IMG/VR virus record: IMGVR_UViG_3300045988_028451
Location: 1 to 43,666 of that record
From: a virus
Lineage: Duplodnaviria; Heunggongvirae; Uroviricota; Caudoviricetes
Reading direction: 5' to 3' (one strand)
DNA length: 43,666 nt
Position 1 is the first letter of the stretch; every line of letters begins with the position of its first letter. Shown here piece by piece: positions 41,440 to 43,666 of the stretch. The notes below the pieces were generated by a model. The model had not been told where the DNA came from. It did no database searches and saw only the letters and a list, made by a program, of their open reading frames with translations. Position numbers and translations under genes: made by a program.

Positions 41440-43666
41440 ATGAGTTACCTGTTCTTAGACTTTGAAACATTCTCCGAAGCCGATTTAAAGAAAGTCGGCT
41501 CCTACGCTTACGCCGAGCATCCAACTACCGAAGTGCTTATCTGTACATACGCTTTTGACGACGAGCCTGTGCAGGTGTGGGATTGCACCGACGGCAGTGA
41601 CATGCCGGGCGATTTGCACCGCGCGTTACGTCGTCTGGTTAAGCCTAACAGTCGCATTAAGATGGTGTGGCACAACGGCTCAATGTTCGACAGGCTCATA
41701 ATGAAGCACTGCTGGGGCTTTGATATTCCGGTACGCAACACCATTGATACGATGATTTGGGCGTTTCGTCATGCATTGCCGGGTTCACTTGACTCATTGT
41801 GCGAAGTGCTGGGCGTGTCTGCTGACAATGCGAAGGATAAGCGTGGCAAGGCGCTGATTCAGCGTTTCTCTAAACCGACACCGAAGAACTACAAAATCAG
41901 ACGCTACACCGCCGAGACGCACCCTGATGAATGGGCGTTGTTCATCAAGTACGCCGTGAGCGATATTACCGCGATGCGTGAGGTATTCCATAAGCTGCCA
42001 CGTTGGGGTAACTCGGAGTTCGAGGACCGTGTACTGGAACTGGACCAGTTAATCAACGACCGCGGGTTTAAGGTTGACGTGGCACTGGCAGAAGCCGCGA
42101 TTGAAGCCGTGGAGAAACACAAAGCGCAGTTACAGGAAGAGGCCCAACGCAAATACGGCGGCTCGCTTACTGGTAAAGACTTTCTGCCGATTCTGCGCGA
42201 ACTTGCCCCTGCGCACCGAATCCACAACGTGCAGAAGTCAACGCTGAATGACCTGCTGGCCGACGATGATTTACCGGACGACGCACGCACGATTATCGAA
42301 ATGCGCCTCGGGGCCGCGTCCACGGCGTCCACGAAATATAACCCGCTGCTGCGGGGCCGCTCTTCGGACGACCGCCGTCGCGGTTGCTTGCAGTACGGTG
42401 GGGCAAAACGTACTCTGCGATGGGCAGGTAAAGGCTTCCAGCCGCAGAACCTGGCACGCGGTTACTATCATGATGATGAGCTGGATAAAGGCATTTCAGC
42501 GTTACTTAAGGGCCGCGCCCATCGCCGTTTTGATGTAGCCAAACTAACGGCATCTACTGTGCGTAGCTGCATAATACCGGAAGCCGGGCATAAGTTTGTC
42601 GTCGCCGATTACTCTAACGTTGAAGGCCGCGGGCTTGCGTGGCTGGCAGGTGAAGAAACCGCGCTCGATACGTTCCGCGCCGGACTGGATATTTACTGTG
42701 TAACCGCAGGCAAGATGTTCGGTATGGACCCTGATGACATTAAGAAAGAACGTAAAGACTTGCGCCAGATTGGTAAAGCGTGCCTTCACCGTCATACCCA
42801 GGTTTTGACCGATGGCGGATTTAAGGATATTATGGCGGTTACATCAACAGATAAAGTATGGAGCGGTGAAAAATGGGTGAATACAAAAGGCGCGCACCTT
42901 ATGGGGTGGAAACCGGTAATAAATGTGGACGGGGTGCTAATGACCGAAGATCACAAAATCTTGGCGCATTCCTGGAAGCAGGCAAAGCAACTCGCTTCAA
43001 ACAGATATATGATGGGCCTAGCCCTGGAGAGAGGTATGGACGCTTGGTTATCCTGCGCGAGTTGCCAAAACGACAAGGCCAAAGACAACTACTCGTCCAA
43101 TGTGATTGCGGAGAGATGCCGGGGCGGGTCTATTATGACAACGTCAGAGCGGGTAAAACCACTCAATGCAACCGCTGCGCCCTTGAAGCAACAAAAAAAT
43201 ATCGTAAACAGTATTTCTGCTACGAAGACGCAATGCCGGATGATGCACACAGAACGCGATTACTCAACCGGCTGTCAGCGGCGATCACGCGAACAACAAG
43301 CCCCAGGGATAAGGGTTATAAAAACTATGGGGCAAGAGGCATCACGGTATTCGACCAGTGGAGGACTGATAAAAGGTCTTTTCTTAGATATGTTCAAACT
43401 CTGGAAGGCTGGGATGACCCGAACCTCGAAATGGATAGAATCGACACAGACGGTAACTACGAACCTGGAAACATTCGGTTTGTCAGCCGTTCTGAAAACT
43501 GCCGAAACAGACGGCAAATACCCGAGCTTCAACGAAAGTATGATGCAGCCGTTGCCCGCATTGCTGAACTTGAGCGGGAAATTAACCTACTGCGAGCCGG
43601 TGTACGACCTGATTGATGTGGAAGACGGCAACCGTTTTCTTATAGCCTCAGACTCTGGCTTTCTTG
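41440..43666 (+). CDS. DNA polymerase I (family A) with 3-prime to 5-prime exonuclease domain, N-terminal part plus intein; continues at 1..927
   Basis: Exo motif LFLDFETFS; Pol A motif A ADYSNVEGR; frame stays open to the window end and continues across the junction (1033 codons including intein). Confidence 0.85.
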   Translation, partial: MSYLFLDFETFSEADLKKVGSYAYAEHPTTEVLICTYAFDDEPVQVWDCTDGSDMPGDLHRALRRLVKPNSRIKMVWHNGSMFDRLIMKHCWGFDIPVRNTIDTMIWAFRHALPGSLDSLCEVLGVSADNAKDKRGKALIQRFSKPTPKNYKIRRYTAETHPDEWALFIKYAVSDITAMREVFHKLPRWGNSEFEDRVLELDQLINDRGFKVDVALAEAAIEAVEKHKAQLQEEAQRKYGGSLTGKDFLPILRELAPAHRIHNVQKSTLNDLLADDDLPDDARTIIEMRLGAASTASTKYNPLLRGRSSDDRRRGCLQYGGAKRTLRWAGKGFQPQNLARGYYHDDELDKGISALLKGRAHRRFDVAKLTASTVRSCIIPEAGHKFVVADYSNVEGRGLAWLAGEETALDTFRAGLDIYCVTAGKMFGMDPDDIKKERKDLRQIGKACLHRHTQVLTDGGFKDIMAVTSTDKVWSGEKWVNTKGAHLMGWKPVINVDGVLMTEDHKILAHSWKQAKQLASNRYMMGLALERGMDAWLSCASCQNDKAKDNYSSNVIAERCRGGSIMTTSERVKPLNATAAPLKQQKNIVNSISATKTQCRMMHTERDYSTGCQRRSREQQAPGIRVIKTMGQEASRYSTSGGLIKGLFLDMFKLWKAGMTRTSKWIESTQTVTTNLETFGLSAVLKTAETDGKYPSFNESMMQPLPALLNLSGKLTYCEPVYDLIDVEDGNRFLIASDSGFL
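42781..43666 (+). mobile_element. intein inserted in polymerase motif B (O-helix), N-terminal and central part (ends at base 66 after the junction)
   Basis: N-extein ...RQIGKA; insert starts CLHRHTQVLTDGG (block A-like), has TEDH (block B-like) and ends ...VAHN + Cys; 299 codons in total. Confidence 0.75.
42873..43616 (+). CDS. HNH endonuclease encoded in an alternate frame inside the intein
   Basis: In-frame stop at 42867-42869, GGAG RBS then ATG at 42873; product has YGRLVILRE, CDCG...CNRC and YKNYGARGITVFDQW...DRIDTDGNYEPGNIRFVSRSENCRNRR, typical of phage HNH endonucleases. Confidence 0.7.
   Translation: MGEYKRRAPYGVETGNKCGRGANDRRSQNLGAFLEAGKATRFKQIYDGPSPGERYGRLVILRELPKRQGQRQLLVQCDCGEMPGRVYYDNVRAGKTTQCNRCALEATKKYRKQYFCYEDAMPDDAHRTRLLNRLSAAITRTTSPRDKGYKNYGARGITVFDQWRTDKRSFLRYVQTLEGWDDPNLEMDRIDTDGNYEPGNIRFVSRSENCRNRRQIPELQRKYDAAVARIAELEREINLLRAGVRPD

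Noticed and set aside
42781-43616. Explaining the HNH-in-intein overlap as an in-frame intein endonuclease broken by two sequencing errors
   Set aside because: It would need two compensating indels exactly flanking the HNH domain, while the intein frame also stays open for about 190 codons and the HNH frame has its own stop, RBS and ATG; not excluded, so flagged for resequencing.
1-43666. CRISPR arrays, tRNA genes, integrase or attachment site
   Set aside because: No regularly spaced direct repeats, no cloverleaf-like candidates noticed by eye and no integrase-like ORF; the HTH regulators alone do not indicate lysogeny. A tRNA scan was not run.

Overview
The window is a complete, circularly permuted genome of a tailed dsDNA phage (about 43.6 kb unique sequence); bases 1-55 are identical to 43612-43666, so the record closes on itself. 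Everything here is read by eye from the sequence and the supplied ORF track; no database search, alignment or RNA folding was run, so all family assignments are motif-level inferences. A minus-strand block (about 35.0 kb down to 3.4 kb) carries small early genes, a lysis cassette (holin, membrane partner, GH24 endolysin), terminase small and large subunits, portal, MuF-like head morphogenesis protein, scaffold, major capsid protein, head-tail proteins, a lambda-like tail module (tail assembly chaperone pair, tape measure, minor tail proteins, J-like tip protein) and a tailspike with a C-terminal chaperone-like domain. A plus-strand replication module (35.2 kb across the junction to 3.4 kb) encodes an HTH regulator, primase/helicase, PD-(D/E)XK nuclease, SSB-like protein, family A DNA polymerase, VRR-NUC nuclease and SNF2 helicase. 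No integrase, tRNA or CRISPR array was seen. Spanin-type lysis genes, Shine-Dalgarno sites and sigma70-like promoters indicate a Gram-negative, probably enterobacterial host. The most notable findings are: (1) a 299-codon intein in motif B of the DNA polymerase with an HNH endonuclease gene nested in an alternate frame; (2) a palindromic operator (AATAG-N4-CTATT) embedded in at least seven promoters, next to a Cro-like HTH gene; (3) a truncated beta sliding clamp (DnaN-like) gene on its own promoter and terminator; (4) a plus-strand island in the tail module encoding a superinfection-immunity-like protein and an HTH-metallophosphoesterase; (5) three genes with frame discontinuities, one of which looks like a G/GT recoding site.
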